A stretch of DNA of 64,000 nucleotides, from NCBI GenBank assembly GCA_964596155.1, contig CAZQSI010000005.1, positions 2,275-66,274 on the forward strand, in the 5' to 3' direction. Both the position numbers and the translations under genes were made by a program. The notes under the pieces were generated by a model. That model did not search any database. It worked only from the letters and a program-made list of their open reading frames with translations, and was not told where the DNA came from. Shown here piece by piece: positions 46,021-55,769 of the stretch; position 1 is the first letter of the stretch, and the number at the start of each line of letters is the position of its first letter. This stretch comes from an uncultured Chitinophagaceae bacterium. GTDB lineage: Bacteria; Bacteroidota; Ignavibacteria; UBA10030; UBA8401.

Positions 46021-46938
46021 TTATTTCTTTTTCTTTGCCTGCCGCTGGGTAAAATCAAGCACAAGCGCGCTTGCGACATAAATTGAAGAATACGTTCCGA
46101 GCACAGTGCCGATAAAGAATGTGGCGGCAAATGCTCTGTTCACTTCACCGCCGAAAATCATCAGTACGATCAGCACCAAAATGACCGTTCCTCCGGTGAT
46201 GACCGTCCGGCTGAGGGTTTCATTGATTGATCGGTTCATTATTTGGAACAGTGAATCGGCTTTGTGAATTTTCAGGTTTTCACGGATTCTGTCGAACACG
46301 ATAACCGTGTCATTGATGGAGAATCCGATCAAAGTAAGAAATGCCGCCATCACCGTTTGATTGATTTCCAGATTCAGGTGAGGGGAGACTCCGTTGAGAA
46401 GCACGATAATGCCGAGCGTTGCAATGAAATCGTGAAATATTGCTATGACACCGGCCAATCCATAAATGAACTGGAATCGGAATCCGACATAAATCATGAT
46501 GATCAACAGGGAGGCGCCCACTGCGTACATTGCGTTTCTCCGGAGTTCAGCACCGATCTTTGGTCCGATCTTATCTTCCCGCAAAACGGTAAACGTATTG
46601 TTCGGAAATTCTTCCTGGAGTTCCGTTCTGATCCGTTCCGCTACTGCAGCACCTTCTTCCTGCTCCGAAGTGAAGATCAAAATATCGTTCGGTGATCCGA
46701 ACGATTTAATTTCGCTTCCCTTGATACCGATATTATCCATCGCTTTTCTGATATCGGCGACTGCCGGCGGATTTTCGAAGCGCAGCAGCAGTTCTGTACC
46801 GCCGAGAAAATCTATTCCGAAGCTTAATCCTTTGCCGAAAATGCCGACAAGTCCGATGAGCAGTGTTCCAAGAGAAATATAATAGAAAATCTTTCTCTTG
46901 CCCATGAAATCAAAATTAGTTTTCTTGAAAAAATGCAT
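46021..46938 (-). CDS. secF: protein translocase subunit SecF
   Basis: 305 aa. Motifs are FGIDFLGGTEL and SINDTVIVFDRIRE. Six TM segments. Lies downstream of secD. Confidence 0.93.
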   Translation of the reverse strand: MHFFKKTNFDFMGKRKIFYYISLGTLLIGLVGIFGKGLSFGIDFLGGTELLLRFENPPAVADIRKAMDNIGIKGSEIKSFGSPNDILIFTSEQEEGAAVAERIRTELQEEFPNNTFTVLREDKIGPKIGAELRRNAMYAVGASLLIIMIYVGFRFQFIYGLAGVIAIFHDFIATLGIIVLLNGVSPHLNLEINQTVMAAFLTLIGFSINDTVIVFDRIRENLKIHKADSLFQIMNRSINETLSRTVITGGTVILVLIVLMIFGGEVNRAFAATFFIGTVLGTYSSIYVASALVLDFTQRQAKKKK

Positions 46939-46999
46939 TGAGTAAATTCTCCTCAGTCAAAAAATTCGTTACGATAATTGGAAAAGACGCTGTTCGGCA

Positions 47000-48889
47000 T
47001 CAGCCGAAGTTAATTGCTTTGGAACCCCGCTCAACCATCAGGTTAAAGACGACGCGTGTGATGACGATGGCGGTAAACAGATTCGCCGCAACACCCATCA
47101 TCAGAATCAATGCAAATCCCTGCACAGGACCGGTTCCGAACTGATAGAGCACAATGCCGGAGAAAAACGTGGTGACGTTGGAATCCAGAATTGCGCTGAA
47201 CGCTTTATCATACCCGGCATCAATCGCGGTCCTTAAGACTTTGTGTGTCAGCAATTCTTCGCGGATACGTTCATAGATCAGCACATTCGCGTCCACAGCC
47301 ATACCGATCGTCAATACAATGCCGGCGATTCCGGGGAGCGTCATTGTTCCGCCGAATGCCGCCAGGATGGCAAAGATGAAGAGGATATTGATCAGCAATG
47401 CAAAATTTGCAACCAGACCGCCTGTGCGGTAATACATAATCATAAACAGGACAATGATTGCCAGTGCATACATGAACGATTTGGTTCCTGCTAGAATCGA
47501 GTCTGTTCCAAGCGACGGTCCGACGCTTCGTTGTTCCATGATTTCAACCGGAGCAGGCAATGCACCTGCTTTCAGAATAATTTCCAGCAGCCGTGCTTCC
47601 TCAATATTTTCCATTCCTTCAATTTGAGAACGTCCGCCGGTGATTTTACCGCGAATGTTCGGAGCCGAGAATACGGCATCATCCAGCACGATGGCCATCC
47701 GTTTGTTGACGTTCGCACCGGTGATACGCGACCATTCACGGGAGCCTTCGTTATTCATTTCCATTGTTACAATCGGCTGATTGAAATTCGGGTCAATCGT
47801 GGCGCGGGCATCAACAATGACGCTTCCGGTTAATTCAGGCGATTTTTTTAATCCGAACAGACCGAAATATTTCACTCCTTCGCTGATGAACAGATGTTTT
47901 GACGAAAAATAAAAAGCCATGTCGGACGGAATAAGTTTTTTCACATCCGGACGTGCAAGAATTCTGAGCACTTTGTCTTTATCATTTTCGGAAACATATG
48001 CTTCGCCGGTTCCCTGCTGGTTAGGACGGGCAAGGAAGAGGAAGGGGTGTTCTTTGGCAAGTTGTTCCGGTGTTTTCTGTGCATCCGAAATGGCGCTTGC
48101 GCCCGTATCGGATTTATTGGTCAGAGCAGAAAGTGTATTCTGCTGCTGTGAAGCTTTTTTGGTGGTGTCGCCGCCGGCGGTCGAATCTACAAATCCTTTG
48201 CCTGCCAGATACTTATCCACCGCTTCCATCGTTTTGTAAATGATTTCCGGATCCTTCATCAATTTAAATTCAAGCAACGCCGTGCCCTGCAGGAGCTGCC
48301 GGACTTCTTCTTCCTTCGACACTCCGGGCAATTCTACAATGATGCGTCGGCCGCCTTGTTTTTGAATGGCCGGCTCCGAAACTCCGTACTGGTCAACGCG
48401 GTTTCGGATAATTTCCATCGCGCGATCGACCGCCTTATTTGTTTCGTCCTGAAGACGATTCAGAATTTCGTCGTTGTCTTCCCGTAAACTTCCGTAGTAT
48501 CTGCTCAGCCGTACCTGTTTTGCTTCGAATGCTTTCTGAAACAGTGAAATAATGTTCTCATCGCTGGTTCGGGCTTCCCGATCGATTTCGGCAATGAGAT
48601 CCTTGAACTGATCGTCTTTGTTTTTGGCAATCTGCTCAAGCATTTTCAGAACATTGACTTCCATGACGACGCGCATGCCGCCCTGAAGGTCCAATCCGAG
48701 CTTAATTCGTTTTCCCTTCGCTTCTCTCATCGACACTTCATTTTCGGCAACATATGAAAGACTGTCTTCTCCTGATAAGGAGGAAACTTCCTTCTCAAAG
48801 TAATACGATTGATAGGTGGGAAAAAGGAAATAGAGAGCCAGAATAAACGTCGCTATGATAAAGAACAGCTTACCGCGATTATTTTTCAC
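47000..48889 (-). CDS. secD: protein translocase subunit SecD
   Basis: 629 aa. Motifs are LGLDLQGG, GGRRIIVELPGV, and a C-terminal RND-like TM bundle with AVDANVLIYERIREE. Confidence 0.93.
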   Translation of the reverse strand: MKNNRGKLFFIIATFILALYFLFPTYQSYYFEKEVSSLSGEDSLSYVAENEVSMREAKGKRIKLGLDLQGGMRVVMEVNVLKMLEQIAKNKDDQFKDLIAEIDREARTSDENIISLFQKAFEAKQVRLSRYYGSLREDNDEILNRLQDETNKAVDRAMEIIRNRVDQYGVSEPAIQKQGGRRIIVELPGVSKEEEVRQLLQGTALLEFKLMKDPEIIYKTMEAVDKYLAGKGFVDSTAGGDTTKKASQQQNTLSALTNKSDTGASAISDAQKTPEQLAKEHPFLFLARPNQQGTGEAYVSENDKDKVLRILARPDVKKLIPSDMAFYFSSKHLFISEGVKYFGLFGLKKSPELTGSVIVDARATIDPNFNQPIVTMEMNNEGSREWSRITGANVNKRMAIVLDDAVFSAPNIRGKITGGRSQIEGMENIEEARLLEIILKAGALPAPVEIMEQRSVGPSLGTDSILAGTKSFMYALAIIVLFMIMYYRTGGLVANFALLINILFIFAILAAFGGTMTLPGIAGIVLTIGMAVDANVLIYERIREELLTHKVLRTAIDAGYDKAFSAILDSNVTTFFSGIVLYQFGTGPVQGFALILMMGVAANLFTAIVITRVVFNLMVERGSKAINFG

Positions 48890-49106
48890 AAATAAACCTC
48901 CACAAGTGCTCGTGTTGTTAGATTGAAAAGTAGTTCAAGGAGAAAAATATAATGGAAAAACGCTCTAAAATCAATGGAAAATTCATCATCGGGGTCACTG
49001 TCGCTTCGTTGTAATTCAAGCATTAATTCTCTACTTTGACAGCCGGACGTAACTTTTCACCGTAAAATCCGAACTAAATGAACACCATTTACTTCCCGAT
49101 GAATTC

Positions 49107-51176
49107 ATGCGCTTGAAAAAAATTCTGCTCCTGTCCGGAGCTTTTATTTTTTCCGCTGTCGTTTTTACGATCAATGCCGCTGCCAAGAACATTGATGTCG
49201 ACACCTCGCTGATTCTGCACGTCAGGACGCTCTGCATCATGTTGATCTTCGGCTTAATTTACCTCTATCTCAGGATAGTGAGAAGAGAGCGGCAGCGCGG
49301 CATCGTTCATGCCATCGGTTCCGTGGCGGCGTTTGCAGGACTTTTTTTGGGATTATATCTCCTCATCAGTTTTCTTCCTCTCAAAGGATTCGAGACGAGG
49401 GATTTGACTCTCTATCCGAGGGATTATCAAACTATCCTATTTTCTTCCTTATTCAGCACCGTAGCAGGTATTTTCGCCATTGCAACGCTGTTATACATAA
49501 AAGATCTAATCCTCTATAAAAGAAAACGAACCACGCTTAGAAATTTTGTCATTCTCACTTCAAGTATTCTTGTTGCATCGCTTTCGCAATTGCTGTATAA
49601 ACCTCTTGAAGAATCCGTGATCAGCGGATTGTTTATGGGAATTTCGATTCTCATGATCGTGGTAAATTCTTTCCGATTGGGATGGATCGCGTATCTGCCG
49701 AGGAGAGAAAAAATTTACGCTCTGCTCTATTCGCTTCTGTCGTTCTTCGGATTTCTCGTCATTCTCGTCCTGTTCTCGCAGGATGCGGGTTGGGCAGAAA
49801 AGGGACTCTATTATTTTAATGCGGGGTTGTTCACTTTTGTGCAGCTCACCTCGATATTGGGTGCGGTATATTTTGGCATGGCATTCAGCAGCACATTATT
49901 TCACCTGCCGACGGCCGATGCATTTGAACGAAAGCAGACGGAAATCAGTTCGCTGCATAATTTAAACCGTCTGATCAATCAAGTGTTCGATCTTAAGGAT
50001 CTTGCGGAAACGGCAACAAAAATGACGGCGGAAGTGGTCGATGCAACAAGCGTATGGATCGAGATCATTGCAGCGGATGGGAAGGACCGTGCGGGAGGAG
50101 TGATGGCCCGTAAAAATATCGACGAAGATGAAATAACCATGATCATCTCCGGAGGCGATTCGTCGTTACGGAACATTGTCTGTTTGACCAAAAAGGCCTT
50201 AATGATCGATGCCGTCGGTTCCGATAAACGAACAGGCCATCTTCCGAAAATTAAAAAAGCAGGTTCTCTGCTCATCGTGCCGCTGTTATCGCATCAGAGC
50301 GTGATCGGAATTATCTACGCCACCAAGGAGATCGAGTACGGGTTTGATCAGGATGATACGGAGATCCTTTCAGGGTTTGCCGATCAGGTCGCCATTGCCA
50401 TTGAGAATGCACGGCTGATTGAGCAGTCGTTTGAGAAGGAACGGCTGCAGAGAGAACTAATGCTTGCGCAGGAAATGCAGAAGAGGCTGCTTCCTCAGAC
50501 ACTTCCGGAATTTTCAACCGTCGATATGAAAGCAATCTCCACACCTGCGCTTGAGGTGGGAGGCGATTATTATGATATCATCCGCATTGACGAAGAGACA
50601 GTCGGCATCGTCGTTGGCGATGTGTCCGGCAAAGGGGTGGGAGCGGCGTTTTATATGGCCGAAGTGAAAGGCATCTTTCAGTCGCTGGCCAAAATATTCC
50701 GGTCGCCCAGGGAATTTATGATTCAGGCGAATGAATCTCTCGTGTCGAGTATTGACAAACGGTCGTTTATTAGCTTAATTTATTCGACTCTCAATGTCCG
50801 AACCGGAATACTGACTGTTTCCCGGGCAGGACATTGCCCGATTCTCTATCTCTCCTCATCGAAGCATGAATTTATTAAACCGAAGGGGATCGGTTTGGGG
50901 ATGCGGAACGGTCCGATTTTCAACGACACCATCGAAGAAAAAACCATTCAGATGAAGAGCGGCGATGTCTGCGTCTTTTATACGGATGGGGTGACGGAAT
51001 CGCGTTCTTCCGCAGACGAGGAATTCGGATATGAACGTTTGCTGGAGATCGTGAAGGCGCACCAATCCGGATCCGCGGAGGAAATTAAGGAATCGATCAT
51101 CCAATCGGTGTGGAAGTACACCGATGCCGCCGGATATCAGGATGATTTGACAATTTTCGTCATCAAATGGCAGTAA
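49107..51176 (+). CDS. membrane-bound GAF + PP2C (SpoIIE/RsbU-family) serine phosphatase
   Basis: 689 aa. About 8 N-terminal TM helices and a central GAF-like region. PP2C motifs are GGDYYD, GDVSGKGVGAAFYM, FYTDGVTE and QDDLTIFVIK. Confidence 0.85.
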   Translation: MRLKKILLLSGAFIFSAVVFTINAAAKNIDVDTSLILHVRTLCIMLIFGLIYLYLRIVRRERQRGIVHAIGSVAAFAGLFLGLYLLISFLPLKGFETRDLTLYPRDYQTILFSSLFSTVAGIFAIATLLYIKDLILYKRKRTTLRNFVILTSSILVASLSQLLYKPLEESVISGLFMGISILMIVVNSFRLGWIAYLPRREKIYALLYSLLSFFGFLVILVLFSQDAGWAEKGLYYFNAGLFTFVQLTSILGAVYFGMAFSSTLFHLPTADAFERKQTEISSLHNLNRLINQVFDLKDLAETATKMTAEVVDATSVWIEIIAADGKDRAGGVMARKNIDEDEITMIISGGDSSLRNIVCLTKKALMIDAVGSDKRTGHLPKIKKAGSLLIVPLLSHQSVIGIIYATKEIEYGFDQDDTEILSGFADQVAIAIENARLIEQSFEKERLQRELMLAQEMQKRLLPQTLPEFSTVDMKAISTPALEVGGDYYDIIRIDEETVGIVVGDVSGKGVGAAFYMAEVKGIFQSLAKIFRSPREFMIQANESLVSSIDKRSFISLIYSTLNVRTGILTVSRAGHCPILYLSSSKHEFIKPKGIGLGMRNGPIFNDTIEEKTIQMKSGDVCVFYTDGVTESRSSADEEFGYERLLEIVKAHQSGSAEEIKESIIQSVWKYTDAAGYQDDLTIFVIKWQ

Positions 51177-51247
51177 CATCCGGATATTTCGGATGATTGT
51201 CATGGAACTAAGTTGATTACACATCGTTTATTCTTTTAGGAGTATGT

Positions 51248-51604
51248 ATGAGCGAATTTAAAATTCAGATCCGATCGCGGGACAACAATATCCACGTCTT
51301 GGAGTTGAAAGGGTATTTGGATGCCCACACGACACCCGTGCTGGAAGATGCATTTCAAACGATGCTGAATGAAAAGAAATACCGGCTGATTGTGAATTGC
51401 AAGGAATTGTCGTACATCTCCAGCGCCGGACTGGGAGTCTTCATGGCATTTATAGAAGATGTCCGCTCCCACAACGGCGACATTAAACTATCGGACATGT
51501 CTCAGAAAGTATTCAATATTTTCGACCTGCTGGGTTTTCCGATGCTCTATGATATCCTGACAGCAGAAGAAGAGGCTGCCAAAAAATTTGACGAGAAGCA
51601 GTAA
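51248..51604 (+). CDS. STAS-domain anti-sigma-factor antagonist (RsbV-like)
   Basis: 118 aa. LSYISSAGLGVFM carries the conserved Ser motif. Confidence 0.85.
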   Translation: MSEFKIQIRSRDNNIHVLELKGYLDAHTTPVLEDAFQTMLNEKKYRLIVNCKELSYISSAGLGVFMAFIEDVRSHNGDIKLSDMSQKVFNIFDLLGFPMLYDILTAEEEAAKKFDEKQ

Positions 51605-51617
51605 TTATTAATTTCCA

Positions 51618-52046
51618 ATGGCGCGTCCGCAACCATATCATTCCTCAATGTCAATTCCGAGTCAGACCGAACGTCTGAGCGATGTCCGGAATTTTATTTC
51701 CACGCTCGCGCGGGATCATGGATTCGGCGACGACGAGATCAATAAGATCACGATTGCCGTCGATGAGGCATGTACGAACATCATTAAACACGGATATAAT
51801 TATGCACCCGATCAGTCCATTGATGTGGCCGTCTCCCGGAAGGGGAATGATTTTGAAATTATCATCACGGATACGGGAAGGCATTTTGATGCGGCGGATA
51901 TTAAGACTCCCGATATGAAGGATTATCTGCAGAAGTATAAGCGCGGCGGTCTCGGCGTATATTTGATGAAACGCATCATGGATAAGGTGGAATTTCATCC
52001 GCAGACGGATAAAAATGTGCTTCGAATGACCAAGACTCTCCAGTAA
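51618..52046 (+). CDS. anti-sigma factor / serine kinase (RsbW/SpoIIAB-like, HATPase_c)
   Basis: 142 aa. Has the N-box EACTNIIKH and the G-boxes DTGRHFD and GGLGVYLM. Confidence 0.8.
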   Translation: MARPQPYHSSMSIPSQTERLSDVRNFISTLARDHGFGDDEINKITIAVDEACTNIIKHGYNYAPDQSIDVAVSRKGNDFEIIITDTGRHFDAADIKTPDMKDYLQKYKRGGLGVYLMKRIMDKVEFHPQTDKNVLRMTKTLQ

Positions 52047-52050
52047 CGCT

Positions 52051-53748
52051 TTGACACGGCGATCCCACACATCACCCGACGATTCGGACCTGCGTTCTCT
52101 CTTTGAATTCAGTCAGGTGGTCAACTCTTCCCTCGAATTACCATTTATCCTGAATACGCTCCTGTTAACATTGATGGGAAAGCTGCTTGCGACAAAAGCT
52201 GTGATACTGATTCGCGGCGAAGGAAAATCATTCAGGTTGGCGACGGCAAAAGGAATTTCGAAAGGAAACCTGCCTCACGATGTGACTCTTTCCAGCGTTC
52301 GACAGGGGAAGCTACGGGTGGATAAAACAATTTCCCCCGCACTGCATTCCTGCGGTATTACGCTGTTGTTTCCCATCATTTCACAGCGAACCGTGGTGGG
52401 GTATTTCGGCGTAAGCGAACAACCGCTTCGGCCGTTGACAGCGGCGGCAAAAAAATTTACCGAGACGCTGCTCAGTGTTTCCGCAACGGCAATCGAAAAG
52501 GGAATTTCCTTTGATCATATAAAAACGATCAACCGTACGCTGGATGAAAAAGTCCATCAATTAAAAACGTTGTTTGAACTCGCAAAAGAATTCAGCGGTA
52601 TTCTCGATCAGCAACGTTTGTTGAAATTATTTTCTCTTACACTGATGGGTCAGGTAGGAACAAACCGGTTTGCAATAATATTCAAAGAAGGTAAGAGCAT
52701 TTATTCGAAAATATCGGGCGCGTTCCTGGAATCGGACGCTTCAAGTATTTTTCAATTGACCGTGTCGCCGATGCTGACAGTAAACATCCCTGCAAAGAAA
52801 CAATATCGATTGCTGAAGGAGCATCTCGCCAAAGAGCGTATCGTTGCTCTTGTTCCGCTGCAAATTCAGAATGAGGTTCGCGGCGTCTTATGTCTGGGAG
52901 ACCGCCTTCGGAAAGGATCATATTCGATCAGCGATCTTGAGTTTATTTATTCGCTGGCAAATCTTGCTTTCGTTTCGATCGAAAATTCCCGCCTGTTTGA
53001 AGAAACCATCGAAAAGAAGAGACTCGAGAGTGAATTACTCGTCGCACGCGAAATACAGCGCGCATTGCTGCCGCAGTCGTTGCCGGTCATTTCCGGTTAT
53101 GAAGTTGAAGGGATGAATATTTCTTCAGATCAAGTGGGAGGCGACTATTTTGACGTGATACCGTCGCCGCAAAACACCTATACGATGGTGATCGGCGATG
53201 TGTCCGGCAAAGGGACACCCGCTTCATTGCTGATGGCGAATCTGCAGGCAAGCGTTCACGCCCTGATACCTTTCAATCTCGATCTTCCGACCGCTACTGC
53301 AAGGATTAACGATTTGATTTTCAGAAATACGGGGACTGATAAGTTCATCACTTTTTTCTGGGGATCGCTCGATCCCGTCTCCCGTACGTTTCGCTATGTT
53401 AATGCCGGACATAATCCTCCGTTTCTCATCCGGGCTGACGGGAGGGTAGAACGATTGACTGAAGGTGGATTGATTCTCGGAGTGATGCACACCGTTATTC
53501 CGTATCAGGAAGGAAGTGTGACTCTTTCGTCCGGGGACAGCGTGATCATGTATACGGACGGCGTCAGTGAGGCTATGGATGTACAGGGAAACGATTATTC
53601 CGAAGAACGCCTTGAGTCCTTTGTCGGCACATTGACTGGTTTGTCCGCCCCCGCAATTGTCGAGGCGCTGAAAAAAGAGATAGGCGCATATACCGCCGGG
53701 GCAGCCCAGTCGGATGATTTTACGCTTGTCGTCTTTAAGGCGAAATAA
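52051..53748 (+). CDS. cytoplasmic GAF-GAF-PP2C (RsbU/SpoIIE-family) serine phosphatase
   Basis: 565 aa with a TTG start. Has two GAF-like regions. PP2C motifs are GGDYFD, GDVSGKGTPASLLM, MYTDGVSE and SDDFTLVVFK. Confidence 0.85.
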   Translation: MTRRSHTSPDDSDLRSLFEFSQVVNSSLELPFILNTLLLTLMGKLLATKAVILIRGEGKSFRLATAKGISKGNLPHDVTLSSVRQGKLRVDKTISPALHSCGITLLFPIISQRTVVGYFGVSEQPLRPLTAAAKKFTETLLSVSATAIEKGISFDHIKTINRTLDEKVHQLKTLFELAKEFSGILDQQRLLKLFSLTLMGQVGTNRFAIIFKEGKSIYSKISGAFLESDASSIFQLTVSPMLTVNIPAKKQYRLLKEHLAKERIVALVPLQIQNEVRGVLCLGDRLRKGSYSISDLEFIYSLANLAFVSIENSRLFEETIEKKRLESELLVAREIQRALLPQSLPVISGYEVEGMNISSDQVGGDYFDVIPSPQNTYTMVIGDVSGKGTPASLLMANLQASVHALIPFNLDLPTATARINDLIFRNTGTDKFITFFWGSLDPVSRTFRYVNAGHNPPFLIRADGRVERLTEGGLILGVMHTVIPYQEGSVTLSSGDSVIMYTDGVSEAMDVQGNDYSEERLESFVGTLTGLSAPAIVEALKKEIGAYTAGAAQSDDFTLVVFKAK

Positions 53749-53803
53749 TGCACGCCGCAATTCCTTCCTTTTGATTTCCACTCCCTCTTTTGTATTTTTG
53801 GCT

Positions 53804-54718
53804 ATGCAAAACAGAATCGAATTTTTTTTCTTCTCTCTTTTACTCTTCCTCATCAGATTATTCCCATTCCGCACCGTTCAGCGGATGGGCGGTGCGTTTG
53901 GTTCATTCATGTATTCGGTCATCGGCATTCGGAAGCAGCTGGTGCTGGATAATCTGATTCATGCATTTCCTGAAAAATCGCCGGAGGAAATCCATGACAT
54001 TGCGCTGGCGTCGTATAAGAATCTCTTCACAGCCTATTTTGAAATTCTTTATCTCGATAAACTTTCCGAGGCAACAATCCGTTCGATGATCTCTTTTCCC
54101 GATGCGGATAAAATGAAAGAAGTTATGAGCAGAGGGAAGGGGGTCATTATCCTTACGGGACATTACGGCAATTGGGAATTATGTGCGTTGTCGGTCCCCC
54201 TGTTTGTTCCTCAATCATACACCATTATTGTTCAGAACCAGAGAAATCCGTACGTCAACAATTTTATGACCTGCATGAGAACGAGGTTCGGCACAAAATT
54301 GCTCGTCATGGAACGGGCGCTCCGGGAATCCTTGAGGGCTTTGTCCAACAACGAAGGGGTTGCGCTCATCGCAGATCAAAGCGGTCCGGAAAGCGGTATT
54401 TATGTAGAATTTTTCGGACGACAGGCGTCGACTCATCAGGGACCGGCTGTATTTCAGGCGAGAACTGGAGCACCGATGATCATGTTGATGCTTGTCCGAG
54501 AAGGACCGGAGAAATTCAGAATTGATATGGAAGAGATTGACACGCAGCACCTCGGTGGGACAGATGCGGAAAAAATAGAACTGATTACGCGCCGGCATGT
54601 GAAAGCACTCGAACGATTTATCGTGAATCGCCCGGATCATTGGCTATGGATGCATAAACGATGGAAACACTCTCCGCTGAAAACCGGTAAGGGCGAAACG
54701 GGAAGGATCACACAATAG
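53804..54718 (+). CDS. lipid A biosynthesis (LpxL/HtrB-family) acyltransferase
   Basis: ATG 53804 gives an N-terminal membrane anchor. Has the HX4E motif in ILTGHYGNWELC and a WLWMHKRWK C-terminus typical of the family. Confidence 0.8.
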   Translation: MQNRIEFFFFSLLLFLIRLFPFRTVQRMGGAFGSFMYSVIGIRKQLVLDNLIHAFPEKSPEEIHDIALASYKNLFTAYFEILYLDKLSEATIRSMISFPDADKMKEVMSRGKGVIILTGHYGNWELCALSVPLFVPQSYTIIVQNQRNPYVNNFMTCMRTRFGTKLLVMERALRESLRALSNNEGVALIADQSGPESGIYVEFFGRQASTHQGPAVFQARTGAPMIMLMLVREGPEKFRIDMEEIDTQHLGGTDAEKIELITRRHVKALERFIVNRPDHWLWMHKRWKHSPLKTGKGETGRITQ

Positions 54719-55762
54719 ATGGAACATGATCGAATCCTGGTGATTCAAACCGCATTTTTGGGCGATGTCATTCTTACTCTGCCGATGATACGGAAGCTTA
54801 AAGAGAACTATCCCGGATCGGCAATCGATGTTGTGACGACTCCGAAAGCGGGCTCCTTGCTGACCGGACATCCGGATATCGCGAATGTGATTGCCTATGA
54901 CAAGCGAGGAGCAGAGAAGGGGATCAAAGGTATTTTTTCGATGGCACGGCGGCTGCGTCAAAATCATTACTCGCTTGCCGTTGTTCCTCACCGTTCATTT
55001 CGTTCCTCACTGGTTACTGCGCTGAGCAAAATACCCGTTACGATAGGATTTGCAAACGCCTCAGGGAAATTTCTTTATTCAAAAACGGCAGAGTACCTTC
55101 GCGACAATCATGAAATCGAACGGAATATACACCTCTTGTCACCCCTCGGCATCTCAAATGATAAAAAAATATTTCCCGCACTTTTTCCTTCGGCAGACGA
55201 TTCGAAAGCCGTTGATGCTCTTTTAAGAGATCTCACTTTACTCCATTCACGCCGATTGATTGCGATTGCCCCCGGTTCCGTATGGAATACAAAACGGTGG
55301 CCCGCGTCAAAATACGCTGAATTATCCAACCATCCGTCGCTGAAAGATTATCATATTATCATTATTGGCGGAAAAGAAGATACGGCGATTGGGAAAGAAA
55401 TTGCTGATGCGACCGGACACAATCGGATTCATGATGCTACCGGCAAATTATCTTTATTGGAATCCGCCGAATTGATTCGACGGTGCAGCGTACTCGTAAC
55501 AAACGACAGTGCACCGTTGCATATTGCAACCGCGACCGCCACACCGATTGTTGCAATCTTCGGAGCGACTGTGCCCGAGTTCGGATTCGGGCCGTATCGT
55601 CCGGAGGATATTGTCGTCGAAACAAAAGGGCTGGAATGCCGTCCCTGCGCGATCCATGGCGGAGATGAATGTCCGATCGGAACATTTATCTGCATGCACA
55701 ACATTAATGCGGATCAGGTGGCGGGAGCTGTCATCGACAGGATACAACGATTTGAAGCGTGA
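54719..55762 (+). CDS. glycosyltransferase family 9 (LPS heptosyltransferase-like)
   Basis: 347 aa. Motifs are ILVIQTAFLGDVILTLP, APGSVWNTKRWP and VTNDSAPLHIATA. Confidence 0.85.
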   Translation: MEHDRILVIQTAFLGDVILTLPMIRKLKENYPGSAIDVVTTPKAGSLLTGHPDIANVIAYDKRGAEKGIKGIFSMARRLRQNHYSLAVVPHRSFRSSLVTALSKIPVTIGFANASGKFLYSKTAEYLRDNHEIERNIHLLSPLGISNDKKIFPALFPSADDSKAVDALLRDLTLLHSRRLIAIAPGSVWNTKRWPASKYAELSNHPSLKDYHIIIIGGKEDTAIGKEIADATGHNRIHDATGKLSLLESAELIRRCSVLVTNDSAPLHIATATATPIVAIFGATVPEFGFGPYRPEDIVVETKGLECRPCAIHGGDECPIGTFICMHNINADQVAGAVIDRIQRFEA

Positions 55763-55769
55763 CCGGGAA

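Noticed and set aside
53224-53874. 216-aa ORF on the minus strand
   Set aside because: It is antisense to the PP2C phosphatase 3' end and the acyltransferase 5' end. It has no motifs, and both sense genes are well supported.
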